NCBI GenBank assembly: GCA_037379345.1
Contig: CM074511.1
Location: forward strand, 24,845,171 to 24,909,170
DNA from: Perna viridis
Lineage: Eukaryota
DNA length: 64,000 nucleotides
Reading direction: 5' to 3'
Each line of letters starts with the position of its first letter. Within the stretch, counting starts at the first letter, position 1. The position numbers were made by a program, and so were the translations under genes. Of this stretch, positions 40,401 through 55,277 are shown piece after piece. The notes under the pieces are model-generated. The model was not told the DNA's origin. It was given only the letters and a program-made list of their open reading frames with translations, and searched no databases.

Positions 40401-43400
40401 ATAAAAAATCAAAAACTTTGCCTCTATGACAATCTGTGATGCTTTTTGTTCATAATTGCAAAATTTTTACTTCTTGAATAATCATGAATAATGAAAAAAA
40501 TGCCTTTGATCACTCTAAAGTGTATTTTGATGAAGTAATATACTGTGTTTATGGTTGTGTTAAGAATTTGATTAGTATCTATTTGTAATTAAGTAGCACT
40601 CCAGCTAAGGATCATGCAAAATGTGATTCATGGGTAAAAAGCCTACATATTTTCATTTATTATATTTTGTTTGAAATGTCATAGTAAACAGAAATTAACG
40701 TGGTTTTTCAAATAACCCGTGCTCTTTGGAGATGAAAATTATATAGAATGTAGATTTCAAAATTAAGGGAGATAACTCTGTAAATGACGCTCAAATACAA
40801 TAGAATCTATTGGATTTTCAATGTCGATTATCTCCTAAGAGCAGGCAGATTTGAATGAATAATTACACGTCATAGTATAGACCCATAAAACAACTTAATT
40901 ACAAAAATAAAAATATGTAGCCTTTTCTTCGGGGTGTATCACATTTTTCAGATTTTGCATGATTCTTACAAAGACAGCTACTTAAGTGACAGAATTTTAT
41001 TCCATTCATGAAAATTTATGAATCTGTGAATTAAATAATTACAACTGTACTAAGGGGGGGGGGGGGCTGTTCTATGTCAGTTAACGTTTAGGTCAAAGAA
41101 CAGAGACCTCTGTGATCAGTTTCTATACAAATAATGTAAATATTTATGATATGAAAAGAAGAAATGTTCCAAGTGTGAGTGAACTATTAATCACTGTAAA
41201 TATATACTTTATAAATTGTTCTTTTTTTCATATTAAATTTTCATTTTTTTTCAAGAAATTTGGAATAACACACAATATCGTTTCTAATGAACCAAAGAAA
41301 TTACTTGTTTGATTTGAATAAAAAATCTTAGAAAATATTTCTTTCTTAATGTTTAACTGTTGTGAGATGAAAAAGGGGGAAGGGAAGTCTTTATCATTAT
41401 TTGACAAGTCCACTAATATAAATCACGACTGCGTTTGTACCACACCTAGTTGTTATGTGAACACGGAAGACAGACAATATTACATGATATCTCATAAAAA
41501 CAAAACAAAGTTGACAAAGGATCATTTGTTTATTAATAAATATTTAACAGATATGGCTTGAGGTACATGGATTTCTACATTGTTTCCACGTCACTTTGAT
41601 CTGCAGGGGCAATGAAGTGTTATGATAGTTTGTCTTTAGGTCAAGACACATTATTTGGGAGTCTAATTAGGTATTTACCAGAACATCATTTGTCCTTAGG
41701 TCACCATCTCATTAGGATTCTGTGAAATTGAATTGACTAACATCTAAAGGGGGAGGTTCTTATGAACTCTGACTGTGTAATACTATTAGTATGACATTAA
41801 TATTTAAAGACTCTTTGTTTATATATAATCATTTAGATTTTCTAGGGGGCAACCAGATATATTTTAAAATCATAAATGGGTTCTTTTCTTAATTTTGTTT
41901 TGGTACATTCTTATGTTTAGTTAGGTTCCTAGCTTTTGTTCAAAGCTTAATTTAGTTCTAATGGACACTACTCGGTGTTGGATCTAGTGAGGGAGAGATA
42001 TTCCAGGGTTTAGTAACAAGCACAGCTATCATTAAATACCATTTTTTCACTACCATTATTCTATGTACTTCTTGTGACAGGCATGCCTTTCCATACCAAA
42101 TTTGGATGGGAAAGAATAAAATAAGGTTGTTCTTGGAGATTTTTTATGTTGCAAGTTTTTTGCATCAATAATGATTTCAGCTGCACCATGCTATTTTTGA
42201 GGGGCTATGCTTATGCAATTGACATTTTTCTAGCCACAGCATACTTGTAATAGTTTATGGTAGACTTTTAGTGCCTTTTGCCTCATTTACTGTAGATATT
42301 CTCAAGTGAGGTGCACTTAAAGAACTGTTTAACATGTAAAAGAAATTTTGATATATAAAACTTAAGAGTTTGATTTAAAATATAGAAAAAATAAACAAAT
42401 GTAAATAAAAATGCAAACAAGGAGATTGAATTATAGGCATTCCTCTAGGCTACAGCTACTTGTCATTCAAATCCTTTACAACAAATTAGCCATGACCAAC
42501 AGACCTACAAATTAATACAGTTAATTCCTGGTGGGTATGTTTGTTTCTTGTTCTGTCTATGCAACTGAGGTGTCCGTTTGACTGGCCGTGACATAATTCA
42601 CTAATATTAGTATGACACTTGTCATATTTTTGATGCTATTTGATAATTTGGTCAGATTAGGGAGAGATATATTGCCGAAGGTGTAAAGACATGGATTTTG
42701 GTAATATTGGTAACGAAATGGCCTTATTACTATAGGAATGTCGCTCATATGTCAAAACAAAAATTTATGGTACTTAAGTATGTACTGTGTTATAAGATCT
42801 TATATTATTTTTCCCATAAAGCAATATTTTTTATTTGACCCATTCCCGGAAACTCAGAAGATTTTTATGGTGTGGATAAAAAAAGTTGACTTGTTAAATG
42901 TGAAACAACTTCTTTCTTTTCCTTTTATTTTGTCAATTTTGTTTTTTGCTCCAATTCATGTAATTTCAATTTTCTTGGCTTCATTTTTGTCTGTTGACTG
43001 AAAAGTTTTGGGTATTAACTGAGGTTACCTTGGATTTCACTCAAAACAAAATTGTGTATGTAAGCAATGAAATAAAAGTCTTTTGTTTACTTTTTACCAT
43101 GTATCTTATTTTAACTTTGATGGATAGGCAATGACGCATAAGTAAAAAAAATCTACGGAAAAAAAGTTTACTGGAGATAAAGGAGCATTTCATCTTTTCC
43201 TGAAATTTATGGCTTTAAAATGAACTTACAGTTCTGAAGATTATTTATCTTGACTATAATGGCCATAATTTCATACAAGGACAATGTATTACAAGTTCAA
43301 GATGGCCTAAGACAGTTATGGTCATGAGGCAGTTCAAGAAGGTTGATATTACAAGATTTGGCAATTCATCAACTGACATTTTGTACCACTGCCCCTTTTT

Positions 43401-43722
43401 TTCTAGATAAAGGTACATTAAATTAATCAAAGGACATTGTTTATGTTTTTTTTTTCTGAAACAGAATGGTGACTTCAGATTACTGCTCTCAGGAGTTTCT
43501 ATAGAAGTTTGACCGGCATCACAATTGATAAAAGCAGGTCTTGTTGCAGTTTATTTATAATTGTTAGGATTACATACTTCATTTAAATCTGTAACCTTTG
43601 CATAGTAATTATGAACATATTGAGGATGTGCACCTCCTAATATGAAAAAAAAAAAACATTTGACAGTGACACAGTTCTAGATATGTTATTGATCTTTTAT
43701 GTAGTACTGGTCATGTTCTTAA

Positions 43723-44106
43723 GTGTAAGTGTTTTTAAGAATCAGGCAAAATGGGAAAAAATCAGAAACATGCATATCAAAACCCTACCAATCTGACAAT
43801 AAAATATCACACAAGGATACCTTCTCTATTTGAAAAGACCATTATTTAATCTCTGCATCACTGACTTTGCTCAAAAATTTTTCTATAGAATGTTAAAAAA
43901 ATGAGGTTTTTGACAGTTATCTGTCCTTGAAATGTTCATTTTCAGTGCATTTCAATGAAATTGTAACTCAATGGGCCAACAAGATATGGAAAATCTTGTC
44001 TGTTTTCCTTGATTCTGATGGTGAAAATAGTCAAATCAAACTATCAAAATGATGGGGTTTTCATACCATGTTTCACCCACTGCCTGATTCTTACAGAGAC
44101 TGACAC
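43723..44106. mobile_element. ~385-bp MITE, copy 2 (TTAA-flanked)
   Basis: TTAA|gtgtaagtgtttttaagaatcaggca ... tgcctgattcttacagagactgacac|TTAA. Confidence 0.85.
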
Positions 44107-47100
44107 TTAATGCTTTAAAAACATTACAGTACTTCTAACCCTTCGCTTATTTCTGATTAATCCATGCTAGGAGATTAAGGTCAGAGGTCAACCAAATAAG
44201 ACTTGAACCAGTACATTTGTATACAAATCTTTATGGTCATTTCGACAATTAGAAGACCATAAAGTGGACAGACAATGTAGTAGGTGGCTTACTGATAAGA
44301 CTTGTTATGGAAAATTTACTGTCTAACAAATAGGTCCGCCAATTAATTTGTCACGGAGATACCTTATAGGGTTATTTTCCATGTTAAGGGCTGAAGATTA
44401 GATTCATTGATAAATTTTCAAAATTTTATGAATGGATTTAAACAAGCTATGTCAAATTTAGTGTGAATCGTTGCACTTGTCAGTGTAAACTAAATAGACG
44501 TAATCAGCATTTTGTGACATTGCATGCTATTTATTAAATTTTATCTCCTTTCTATTCAAAAGATGGCAAAAAATTAGCATCTATGCATCAGATTGAATTT
44601 TCCATTAGTGAATAGAATTACTAGACATATTTCTGATTGTCGCGCCTCATGATACAATGAAGAGCAGGTCTTTTAACATCTACTGAATATTTTTATCCCA
44701 GATGCTCATCAAAGGATAAAATAATAGCAGGGGGTTATCAGAAAAATTGACATAAAATATCAGAAATACAGAGAGAGATTATCACAATACTAACTACTAA
44801 TGATACCAGGAATACTGATATGTATATTGGTAAATTTATTTACCTGTGATTACCGATTGTAATCTAAGCTTTAATTTGACACCTGGCTGCACCCTGCAAG
44901 GTCATGATACAATTATGCACCTATTATGCCAAATTTGTGTTAAAGTTCTTATCTAGAAATCATCTAAAAGGTCTGATGAATGAAGAGATCTACATGGGTT
45001 TGATTGCTAATTATCGGATTAAATGTGCATTTGCAAATGTTCAGGTGTAAACAAAGATTTTTTATGTCCAATGCCCATTCAATGGAGGCTATCTGTTTTA
45101 TCAGATTTCTCTGCAGCGTGACATTATCTAATTTATCTCAATTAATACCTTCTCTGCACTTCCTTTTTAATTCATGAGTTCAGTGAAAATAAGCGGATAC
45201 TCTCTTTTCCGTGTACTGCATTTCCCACTGTGATTGGGGCAGAAATAGATTGCTGGTGGACATTTGAAGTCATCTTTTGTTATGTTGAAGAGAAATTAAA
45301 AAGTATTGGTTTTGAATTTGCATCATTATTACCATATAGATCCTGAAAGCTTAATTTATTAGTAATGATTACATATTTTAGGAGTTCGTAAAATATGTCA
45401 TCCATGCTTTATGGTAACACCATCTCACTGGTTTAGGCTTGACAAGCCCTCATCTCATACTTTCAAAAAACTTCCTGTAATGAATGAATTGTAGAAAACA
45501 AAATTACTGAACTGATAAAATCAAAGCAATAGTATGAATATATGTTACCTCTGACTTAAAAAAAAACAATGCAATGCCAATGAATGTTTAGATTGCCTTT
45601 CAAATGATGGAAGTCTCCCTTCAGCTACAATATATACTCTAATGAAATTTATTGACATTGAGAGTATGTTTGAAGATTCTTACTACATTTCGTGCAATTT
45701 TTACAGCATCTTGCGTCAATGGCACTTCAGGTCAAGTACAGAAGTAAACATTGAGTCTTGGGAGGAATGTTGTTTAATGTATGGCATAGGTTTATATCAG
45801 GATTATTCTGCATCCTCTACGTAGCCATTGGGTCATTTCATTGTCATTAACACCTAAATGTTCATAGCATCTTTTACTCAAATAAACAAACACTAGCTCT
45901 CTGGCTTGAAGATATTTCTGTTTATAAGTAGGTTATAATATAAGATCAAGATAGAGTTGCTATATTGAAGATTGATCGATTGGTAGATTGTATTAAGAAA
46001 CTGGATTACAGTGGAAGCTGTTCTAGTTAGGTGTTAAGTGTGCAATTTTTTTCTATAGTAAAACCAGTGTAGAGTAAAATGTTAAAATACTAGATGTACA
46101 ATTTGTTTACCTTTTGTCATGGGAACAACAAGTTTGTCATTCAGTGAAGTCTCACTAGCTCTACATGGAAGGCTTTAAGATACATTTTTGTAATTGTTAA
46201 TCAGAATTAATGGAGTTGTATCCCAAAATCCATATATTACTACGGTACTTGCAATACCAGCTTCACTACAGTTTCCTTATAATATTTGTATAAAAAATAT
46301 TATACGCAAATCTCATGAATTCCTAGTACCCGAAGACACACAATGTAAGTCCTCTTAGACTCATTGAAGTTGACTCAGTATGTCATTCTTCAACCCTTAA
46401 ATATCAGCTGACTACTTTAGTACATGTTTCTTGCATCAATTCATAGGTATGTCTTTTCATTCAGAAAACATTTAATTACTCCATATATTGTGCAGTTCAA
46501 TAGTGATCTATTTCCTTGAGTTTGTAAACAGGCATTTCCTTTACAGTGTATATTTGTCATTAAGAATTTTGTCCGAAATACTTAAAGTACTTAAAATACC
46601 TAGACGGAAATTGATTATTGATGACGGTAATTAGTGCATTAATTACTACCATTGAATGTGTATGTGAGTGGACAAGGGTCTTTTGACAAGTCATTTTAAT
46701 GTGAGTCTTCTTGTGAAACCTGTCAGGTCACCCCCAGCGACCTTTTACAATGGAAAGGTCAGTTAGTTGACAGGTAAAAAGACCATTTGGATACACCCTA
46801 TAATCAATTCTCACTCTGGGTCATAAGCATTTCATAATCAACTAATGTGTAGGAAGTCGTTGAGGTGTCTGAACCTCCTATTAAATATCATCTATTTTCC
46901 ATTGACCAACTACTTTGAAAGCTGTTATTTGAAGACAACCTTTCAAGTGGTGAAAACATATTTCAGGACATTGATTTTTATCATGATACTTATAAAAGAC
47001 AATTTATGAAAGCTATAATCATCCTTAATAATTAAGGTCATTTTAGACATAGGCACACAATAGATTTTATAGGTATTTGTTCATTGAAGGTCTTGTGGTC

Positions 47101-49333
47101 ATTTATATCTTTCAAATGAATATAAAAAAAAACTGACTTTGGAGCTGCTCATTTGAGAAAGCTCTCTCTTTTTAATGTTTATTGTAATCACGAGTACTCT
47201 GTGTGAGATAAATTGTTTGTAGTCTGGTCTTCCATTAATCATTGGATTACCTGACCATTAGTGCTGGAGGCCAAGTCCAGATGGACAACTGCATGGTCAA
47301 GCATTATTAAATGTGTCTAAGGGGCTTCATTGAAAACTAAAGCATGCTGTCAGGTCCTTTTGAGAAGGAAATGAAGTTTGAAGTGATGATTATCTGACAA
47401 AAATATATTAGCATGGCCTTAAAGAAAAAGATCAGAAAATGCATCCAGTTATCCATATGAGGCCTGAATTTGCATTGGCTAAGGTTCAGTTTGTAGTTGT
47501 GGTTTTCTCATGAGCATTTTCTCCTCAACCCTGTTTTACAATTCTTATTCAAATATGTGTCAAAATTATTCACATGTTTAGGAATTGGGAAATCATTTCG
47601 GATAAAAGTTGAATAATTGGACTTTGAACCCCCAAATGTATCTAAGACCAGGAAACTGTACATATTTGAATTTGATATTGTACAATTCAATATTGGTACT
47701 TCAGGATACTGCAAATTTGGCAAAGTATAACTCCTATAGAAAGTTTGTTGTTGATTTAGTAGTAGTTGACCATATGAAAATAGCACCTATTCATGTCAAA
47801 GAATGACGATACAATTCATTTCGTAATCAGTGACGACAAACTGTGAATGGGTTCTGAATATAGTATATCTAGTAATTAAACATAGGTCTGTGTACCTGTA
47901 CTGTTGATAATACCAGCGTTTACTTACTGATGAGTCACGTTAAAGAATCTGTTGAATTAAAGCCGTCACTTGACAGTTTAAATTTCGTCTTATCTATGTC
48001 TATTTTGAGGATGTCTTTGGTCACTGGGTCATTTTGTTCCTGCCCAAGTCATGATAATTTCCTGGTCATTCAGTTAGGACTGGTGAACTTGCTGACTCAG
48101 ACTGGTCTCTTCAAAGTGCAGAGCTTCTGATTTGAGTACTTTTAGTTTTAAATAAAAGTGTTTCCATATGTAAATAAAGTACAAATTCTACTTGAGAGAA
48201 TTTGTATTGGTCACTTTTAGCTTTTCCATTAGGTTTAGAATTACATTTTTTCTACTTACCTTAGAAGATAAGGTTGGACAAGGAGCACTTAACTTCAGCA
48301 AATAGACAGAAGCCAAAAGATGGGTCAAGTTACTCCTATGAAAACAACTCTTGATGATACACTTTTACTCTCATAAAATATTCTTAAATTGCTAACATGT
48401 ATTCTGAGGACTTCAGAAACTTAGGAATTTATTAACATATAGAAATTTGTGTAGGCTTGATAGATTTGACTATTGTCAGTGGTTGGTACTCAAACCAATG
48501 TTTGCTGATAAGCTGTTCATTAGGTTATTAATTTTTGCTGTGCACACAAGCAGAAAATTGGTATTTTTACCTTTTTGTTGGGAAAAAACAAATTAAATTA
48601 TATTAGAAAAGAAATAAAAAACTAGCCATTTCGTGATGGTGACTTTAAAACCAGTTATTAACTTGAGGAATTATTATTAAGAGAACTCCCAAGAAGAAGT
48701 GATTTAGATTAGTTCTGGGTATTATCTGTAATTTGGGGTATTAGTTTAGCCACCTGGCCAAGGTCCTTACAGGCATATGTAGTGTGGAGTTATGAATCAT
48801 GTGGAAATTAAATATAATTCCTGGTCACCGTAGTCTTAAACAATTCAAGTGTAGCATGTTTGTAACATTTAAATATGACAAGTAGGCCATTTTATATTTA
48901 TAAATATTTTAGATAATTAACTAAACTTGATTATCCCACTAGCCTAGTTTTTTTTTCTAAATTAAAGCCCCATAATTTGGGAAAATTTGGAGCAAGGTTA
49001 TTGTCACACCTGACAGTAAAATTACAGTAGTCTTCACACCTGTAGAAATTAGCTACTTGTCATAATATTATTTATCAGAAAATTAACTCCCTTGATTTAC
49101 GAGGTTAAATTCATATTTACGGTAATAGAAAATTTTTTTAAATAATTCTTTAATCGCTTCATTAGATATTTATCAAAAGGGTAACCAACGGCTTCATTAG
49201 AAGTTAAGAATGTTTGTGATCTTCCACCAGAAACATGCAAGACTATTTATAAAAAAATAAAAAATGTTTTGATGGATGAAAGCATGAAAGACATGCACTA
49301 CCAATCCATAGCCGTGACTTGTACATATATGTA

Positions 49334-49550
49334 CAGTGAAACCTGTCTAAACTGAACCCCTTTTAAGGACTGTACAACTTGTTTGGATTAGACAGGGATT
49401 AGGTTTACCTAGGTTCAAAATACATTAAAACTTTTAAAAAATGTGGTTTAGGCTGGTTTTTGGTTTATTCAGGGTTCTGTTTAGACAGGCTTTTGGTTTA
49501 TTCAGGGTTTTTTGGTTTACTCAGGGTTCCATTTAGGCAGGTTTCAATAG
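49334..49550. mobile_element. Tc1/mariner-type MITE
   Basis: TA|cagtgaaacctgtctaaa ... tttaggcaggtttcaatag; internal tttggtttattcagggtt tandem units; a related stub lies near 55700-55785. Confidence 0.7.
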
Positions 49551-49739
49551 ATAACGACAGATTTGCCACAGAAGGTTATTATAACATTGACAGCCTTTAC
49601 TGGGTCTTCCACAGTGGCCCCTTATATCAATGGTTAGTTGATTATAGTCCAGTCTTTGAGAAATCTTGCCAAAGAAATCAGAGTATGTCCAACTAAAGGC
49701 TTGACGATGTTATTACATTTAGATATAGGTTTGTTTTCC

Positions 49740-50015
49740 TTTCTTCGTTTGTCTACCCCGGACTTGACTTTTTATGAGCAACTCGGTGGGTGTTTCTAGA
49801 AAAGCAGAGGACGCTTACCCTACCGGTACATCTGGTCCATGTTCCCAGTTTTTAGTGGAGTCCGAGTTGCTCATTTACTTTTGTTACTTTGTATGTATGA
49901 TTTTAGTTACTTTATGTTCTTTGTTGTGTATGTCTGTTTTCAATGTCTGGTCTTTGTCCCTGGATTACATTCTTTTGATTCCTGCTATAACCTTGGTTCC
50001 CTTGATTACTCTTTG
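49740..50015 (+). mobile_element. Penelope-like element terminal/3'UTR fragment (abundant bivalve repeat)
   Basis: 13-bp inverted repeat atgagcaactcgg / ccgagttgctcat enclosing gggtgttt...gcagaggacgcttaccctaccggtacatctgg; CpG-retaining; similar to 17770-17850. Confidence 0.55.
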
Positions 50016-50338
50016 TCAGAGTAGTTATGTTGACTATTTATATCTAATTGGTTATCACAATCTAATAATAAATCTAACTTGCAGTTCATGGTTTACTGTT
50101 GTGTTGTAAGTGAGCTTATACGCAACATAACAGACAATCGGGAGCTGGGATATTCGGCTTTTGATTAGATTGTGGTTACTGTAGAGTATAAAATATACTT
50201 GACAGAATATGAAATTTAAATGCAGAAGCATTGCCCTGAGTTGATCTTAAACTGTTGTAAACTCCTTTGAAAATAAAATTTATGATTTTTTTTTTCAAAG
50301 ACAAATGTCAGTTGCAGCTTGTTACTTTTCTTTTTCAG

Positions 50339-50592
50339 AAGATTATAAGCACACGAAAAGAAAGGAAGAAAGGGATCTTAGTTTAATTAAAGACAATATA
50401 TTAAATTCATCAGTGACATTAGAATCTAATTCTTCATCGAACAATAATAATAGTGATAAAAGTGCTCATAGGGTTCATAAACGTTCTACGTCATATAAGC
50501 GTTATGTCGAAGTTATGGTGGCAGCGGACTATCACATGCAGCATTACCATGGTAGTGGTCTTCACCGATACATTTTAACATTAATGGCAATC
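50339..50592 (+). CDS. ADAMTS9: ADAMTS-like exon 4 (furin site, start of reprolysin domain)
   Basis: (E)DYKHTKRK...HRVHKR/STSYKRYVEVMVAADYHMQHYHGSGLHRYILTLMAI; phase 1 matches exon 3 across a 25,171-bp intron; ATC|gtaagt. Confidence 0.94.
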
Positions 50593-51218
50593 GTAAGTAG
50601 GATGTATTTTGAAGTTGAGGTTAAGAGAATGCATGTAACATTATCTAATTTTTTAATGATGCCTCAAATTAGGTGTTTGACATAAAAGTTCTATGTACAT
50701 ACCAGCGTTAGTCCTGTAAATTATGGGGAAAATTTGAATTGTGGTGTGCAGCATCGACACAATGAGTTTCGTACTGTTTGTGAAAGTTTTGACTTGGTCT
50801 CACAGAAACTTCCTGTTGCCTTGAATATCAGCTTGAAATAATTGATGTTATAAGCAGGAACATTTATTTTAGTTTTACTCTTATGATTTTAATAACAGAA
50901 AGAAAATGTACATGAAGATAAAATTAAAGAAGCTCAAGAATGTCTTCATTGTAGAGTAAAAGTTACCATTGACAGAAAGCAAATTTATCATGAGTTTTAT
51001 TCAGAGAACATAATGAAAATAGGAAACATGCATAGGATAGAATTTATACTGAAGACTTAACCAGCTCAAAAAAACATACAACTTGGCTCATGCTACCTTT
51101 GGCACTGGATGTAAGTACTCAATCAACTAGTACTGACTTGTAGCCTAAACAACATTTAGTTACACTGTTGCCCTAATGTGCTGTACATGTGTACTAATTT
51201 TACTGATTTCTTTTGTAG

Positions 51219-51302
51219 GTGTCCAGTATATATCATGATAATTCTATAGAAAACTTCATCAATATTGTCGTTGTCAAAATTGTACAGTTTGAATCTGAAC
51301 AG
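51219..51302 (+). CDS. ADAMTS9: ADAMTS-like exon 5 (catalytic domain)
   Basis: VSSIYHDNSIENFINIVVVKIVQFESEQ; tag| and CAG|gtgaga. Confidence 0.94.
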
Positions 51303-54300
51303 GTGAGAATACTGGATTATACTACAAAAATATTTGAGAATTTCTAAGCAAATTGTTTCATGATTTGTAGATTGCTTCTAATAATGCCCTATCTTTTGTG
51401 AATCAAGCGGACTGCATTGTCAACTTGGAGATAGCTTTCAAAACAATTATAGTACTTCCTGTTTCTAGAATTGTCACGAAATGTCTCTTGAAAAGAACTT
51501 TTTATCATGCCTCAGATGGTTGGTTTCTATTTCAAAGTGTGTTATTTGCTAATTAAGGATTGTGAATTCCACCACAAGCAACCATTCTCATTTGTGTGGC
51601 TGCCCTGTGATCAATTTTTGCATTGCAAAAATACTTGATCCTCATTAATACGGCACTGGTATACAAACACATATCTGAACTCAAGTAATTTGTGATATGT
51701 ATTTTTTAAGTGCATCTAAACAATTTAGTGCTTAAGATTAAACAGTTCAAGAATTGAAAGGTTTCAATTGCAGTGTACTTCTCAAATATATAATTTTTTA
51801 ATTAAAATTTCAGTGGAGATGAAAGGCTAAGTTCTGTAAATCAATACTTGCATCGTACTTGGTGGTACAATTTACTGCCCTAGGAATGAACAAAATAATT
51901 TTTTTTGCTTCATTTGTAAAGAAACATAAATCATTCTGAGGAAAATTAAATTTTTTATCAGAAATTAAATATTAAATTAGAATATCCACCCATCTGGTAT
52001 CATTCTTTAACAATAATCAGATAATAAGCATGTCTGTGGTCAGGTGTTTGGAGATAAACAGACCAATGACGGCTGCCGTATTTGGGTTACTTTCTAGACA
52101 TTGTTCATTAATGCCTGGGTTTTTATCACCTCTTTTACAAAGCTGACCAAAAAGGTTTTGTCCAGTTCTTTTCATCATGGAATAATTGCCATATTGTACT
52201 ATGAACAATGGTTTTTCACTAAAACCTTTTAGTTGAATATGGGCTGATTAAAAGTTTAGTTAGATATATTACTGCCAACCCGCCAAATAAATCCAGTAGT
52301 CAAAGGAGATACATTTTCCTATCTTCCTCAGAAAAGGGTGTTACAGATATAATAACAGGACATGTGGTTTAAAATTAATCTGCAAAGCCACATGACATTC
52401 GTCCAGAAACTTATTTCATTCACAAAAGGATGAGAATAATAAAAAAATACTAGATGTTTTTAGGATATAAATGTCTAGCCTACTAACTGCTGGGAGTGTA
52501 TTGTTGTGGCTTGATAGTACCTATGTATAATTTGTTTGGTAATCCCTTGGACTATTTGTAGACACATGTACTTATACAGGTGGCTTTGCCATTCCTTTTT
52601 AATCTTTATAAAGAGAACTTTCAGTAGAAATATTTTGTCTTCAAATTTCTTGAAATACCACAAAAATCTGTGTTTGTTTGAAATTTTAATTTTTTGCACC
52701 AGGCAACTTGTGTGTCCATGCACATCTGTTTAATAGTAGGAATCTCAGATTATGAAAAACAGTATTTTTTCTCCTTTTTCTGAATGGCATCAATCTTTTT
52801 TATTTCAAATTAAGAAATTATATTCAAGGAATTATGAATCATAGATATTTGTATTTCAATTTTTTTCTTGTATTTCTTTGACAAGGTCATAATATTTTCT
52901 TTCTATTTTATGTCAATACTTCAACAAAATGAAGGAATGGCTTTCAGAGTTCGCTTTCAAAGATAAGTCTTAAATCAACGAAAAGTGTCAAAGCAGTCGT
53001 AATCATGATTTGTTATCATTGTTTTCAAATTGATCAGTCTTTTAAAAGAAAGGTCTTAAATCAGCAAAAAAAAGTGTCAAAGCAATTGTCATCATTGTTT
53101 TTCCAATCGATCAATCACTAAGTTCCCTGTAGGTACTTCTATCATATTCTGTCACTTTATTGTCATTTTGCTAATTTAATTCACGCCTGATTAAGTATGC
53201 ACCTCATTTGTAAATTTCTTCAAAGAACATGGATATTGAAAACAAGTGTTTGTTTCTGCCAGATCTTTGCATGTCAGAAAGGTTGTTCTGTATCTGTTTA
53301 GCCCATCGGAAAATTATGTTAAACAAAATTAAGTGATATTTAGCTAAAGTTACATTTTAATTGATGTAAGCTTGAATTCTTCTTGTTTGAATCTTAATTG
53401 TGAATCTTTGAAGACAATTTCTTTTGTAAAAGGTACTGCCTCTTTTATGTTATGATACTTAAATCATTCTGAAGCGCTGGTTAAAAAACTTGTCAGTTTA
53501 AAACAATTGGAAATCATTATTTGTTTGTGGTTGTTAAAAAAATCAATTTGTTAACCACGTTTACCACAAATAACAGATCATGGCCACTGATATTAGTCGT
53601 TAACTACTATTTTAAGCCATTAAATATGTCTTGCCTAGAGAAATAAAACTTCTTCAACTTTCTCATCCCATATCATCAAATCAGTAGTAATCAAAGGTTT
53701 CAGTTTCACTTCAAATGTTGTTCCTACAAGTAAATAGTACAGTATTGTAACATACACTACATTTACGATACTCAGATGTCGCTTTGATATTATCCGTTCA
53801 GGTAAAAATATCTTTACATATCTTGATAACCATAAAATTCACATTTTTACTTGTGGTTGAACATCTAAAATGGTAGTGCTTTTGTTGTACATATTTTTAC
53901 TTCTATATAGGCTATAGCCAGACATGCTTAAAATATGTGAGACTATTGGTGTGGAAGTGATTGATTCCGGGGAAGAGAAATGTATCTTTTTGAAGCTCCT
54001 TTACTTCATCAATCATGAATCTTACAAATTACTGAATTCTACGATTACTTTCCATTATTGTGTAGATATAATGAAAGAGAAAATGATATTCTTTAAAATA
54101 TGTACGTATTACAGTAGGCTAGCTACTGTTTTATTAGTCTGGGCTCAGAAATTATAGGGCAGGTAACTTGTTTTGTTTAGGTGGGACCCCTGACTTATTA
54201 TCTGTTTAAAAATGTATTTGTCTTTTATTACAAATTTGAACCTAACATGATATATTTAATGTTACTTTTAATTCCTTTGAAAAGTTGCTCGAATTTTTTA

Positions 54301-55134
54301 TTGTAACTAGAGAAGTCCGCTTTGATACATTTAGAATGTAAAAAGTAGTCTTAACTTCAAATTTTGGACTATTTTTAGTGGTTTTTGATATGTTTTTGAT
54401 CATTTAATTGACTAGACAATAATAAATGGGTATTAGGATTTATAGCTCTGCAGAAAAGTTCACAGTAAATACTTTGATTACTGGGCTGTTGATGTTTATC
54501 AACACATTGTTGGCTGAAGAAATATGAATCTTTTACATGAACTTATACTAGGTTCATTTAAGCAGTGTGTGAAATTAGCAGTTATAAAATCAAATCTGGT
54601 ATAAAACTTAAAGAAATTTGTATGTATTGGTCTACTGAAAATTTTGATAGATTTGAACTTAGTTAAGTTGTAAAGTGGAAAAAATTAAGTCTTAAAGATG
54701 ATAAGCATAGAATTGGAAAAGAAAGTTTTGGGGAAATGAACAAATTTAAGCCTGGAACCTCCTTTCTTACTTCATAAACAGACCCCCCCTTTTATAGATC
54801 TTACAGATTCCTAGATCCATCCCAAGATTTGTACATTCAGAATTTGTTGTACTGGAGTAAACTTTTTCTTGCTTCAGCATCACTGACCATAATATTAGGC
54901 TAGTAAGTTATTCATTAATAAACAAATGGTCTGCAGATGGCTGCAGCACAAAATTGATTCAGGTATTAAACTTGCAACCCTAAGATAAGGTGAGAGCAAT
55001 ATCTTCCAATTGCCTAGATATCATGTATCAGGTTGATTCTGAATATTATCTGTAGTATGGGGTAGTGAAAAATCATGTTTGCTAACTCAGCAGATCTAAC
55101 CAGAAATTAATGATGATTTAGGAGATAGATGCAT

Positions 55135-55264
55135 TGCAATAATGATTCCCATTCAAATTTCTATTTGCACATCGTAGATTGTAAGCTGAATGCAATAATG
55201 ATTCCCATTCAAATTTCTATTTGCACATCGTAGATTGTAAGCAGAATGCAAGAATGATCCCCAA
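55135..55264 (+). repeat. 56-bp tandem duplication (2.3 copies)
   Basis: tgcaataatgattcccattcaaatttctatttgcacatcgtagattgtaagc(t/a)gaa at 55135 and 55191. Confidence 0.92.
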
Positions 55265-55277
55265 TTCCTCATTCAAT

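Noticed and set aside
49774-50109. 111-aa ORF or SECIS element
   Set aside because: The ORF lies in a repeat with a T-rich low-complexity tail, and the stem lacks the GA/GA quartet required for a SECIS.
25168-50338. Nested gene or missing ADAMTS exons in the 25-kb intron
   Set aside because: The ORFs are short and F/L/I/K-biased as expected for AT-rich non-coding DNA, and exons 3 and 4 already join in phase to give a complete prodomain.
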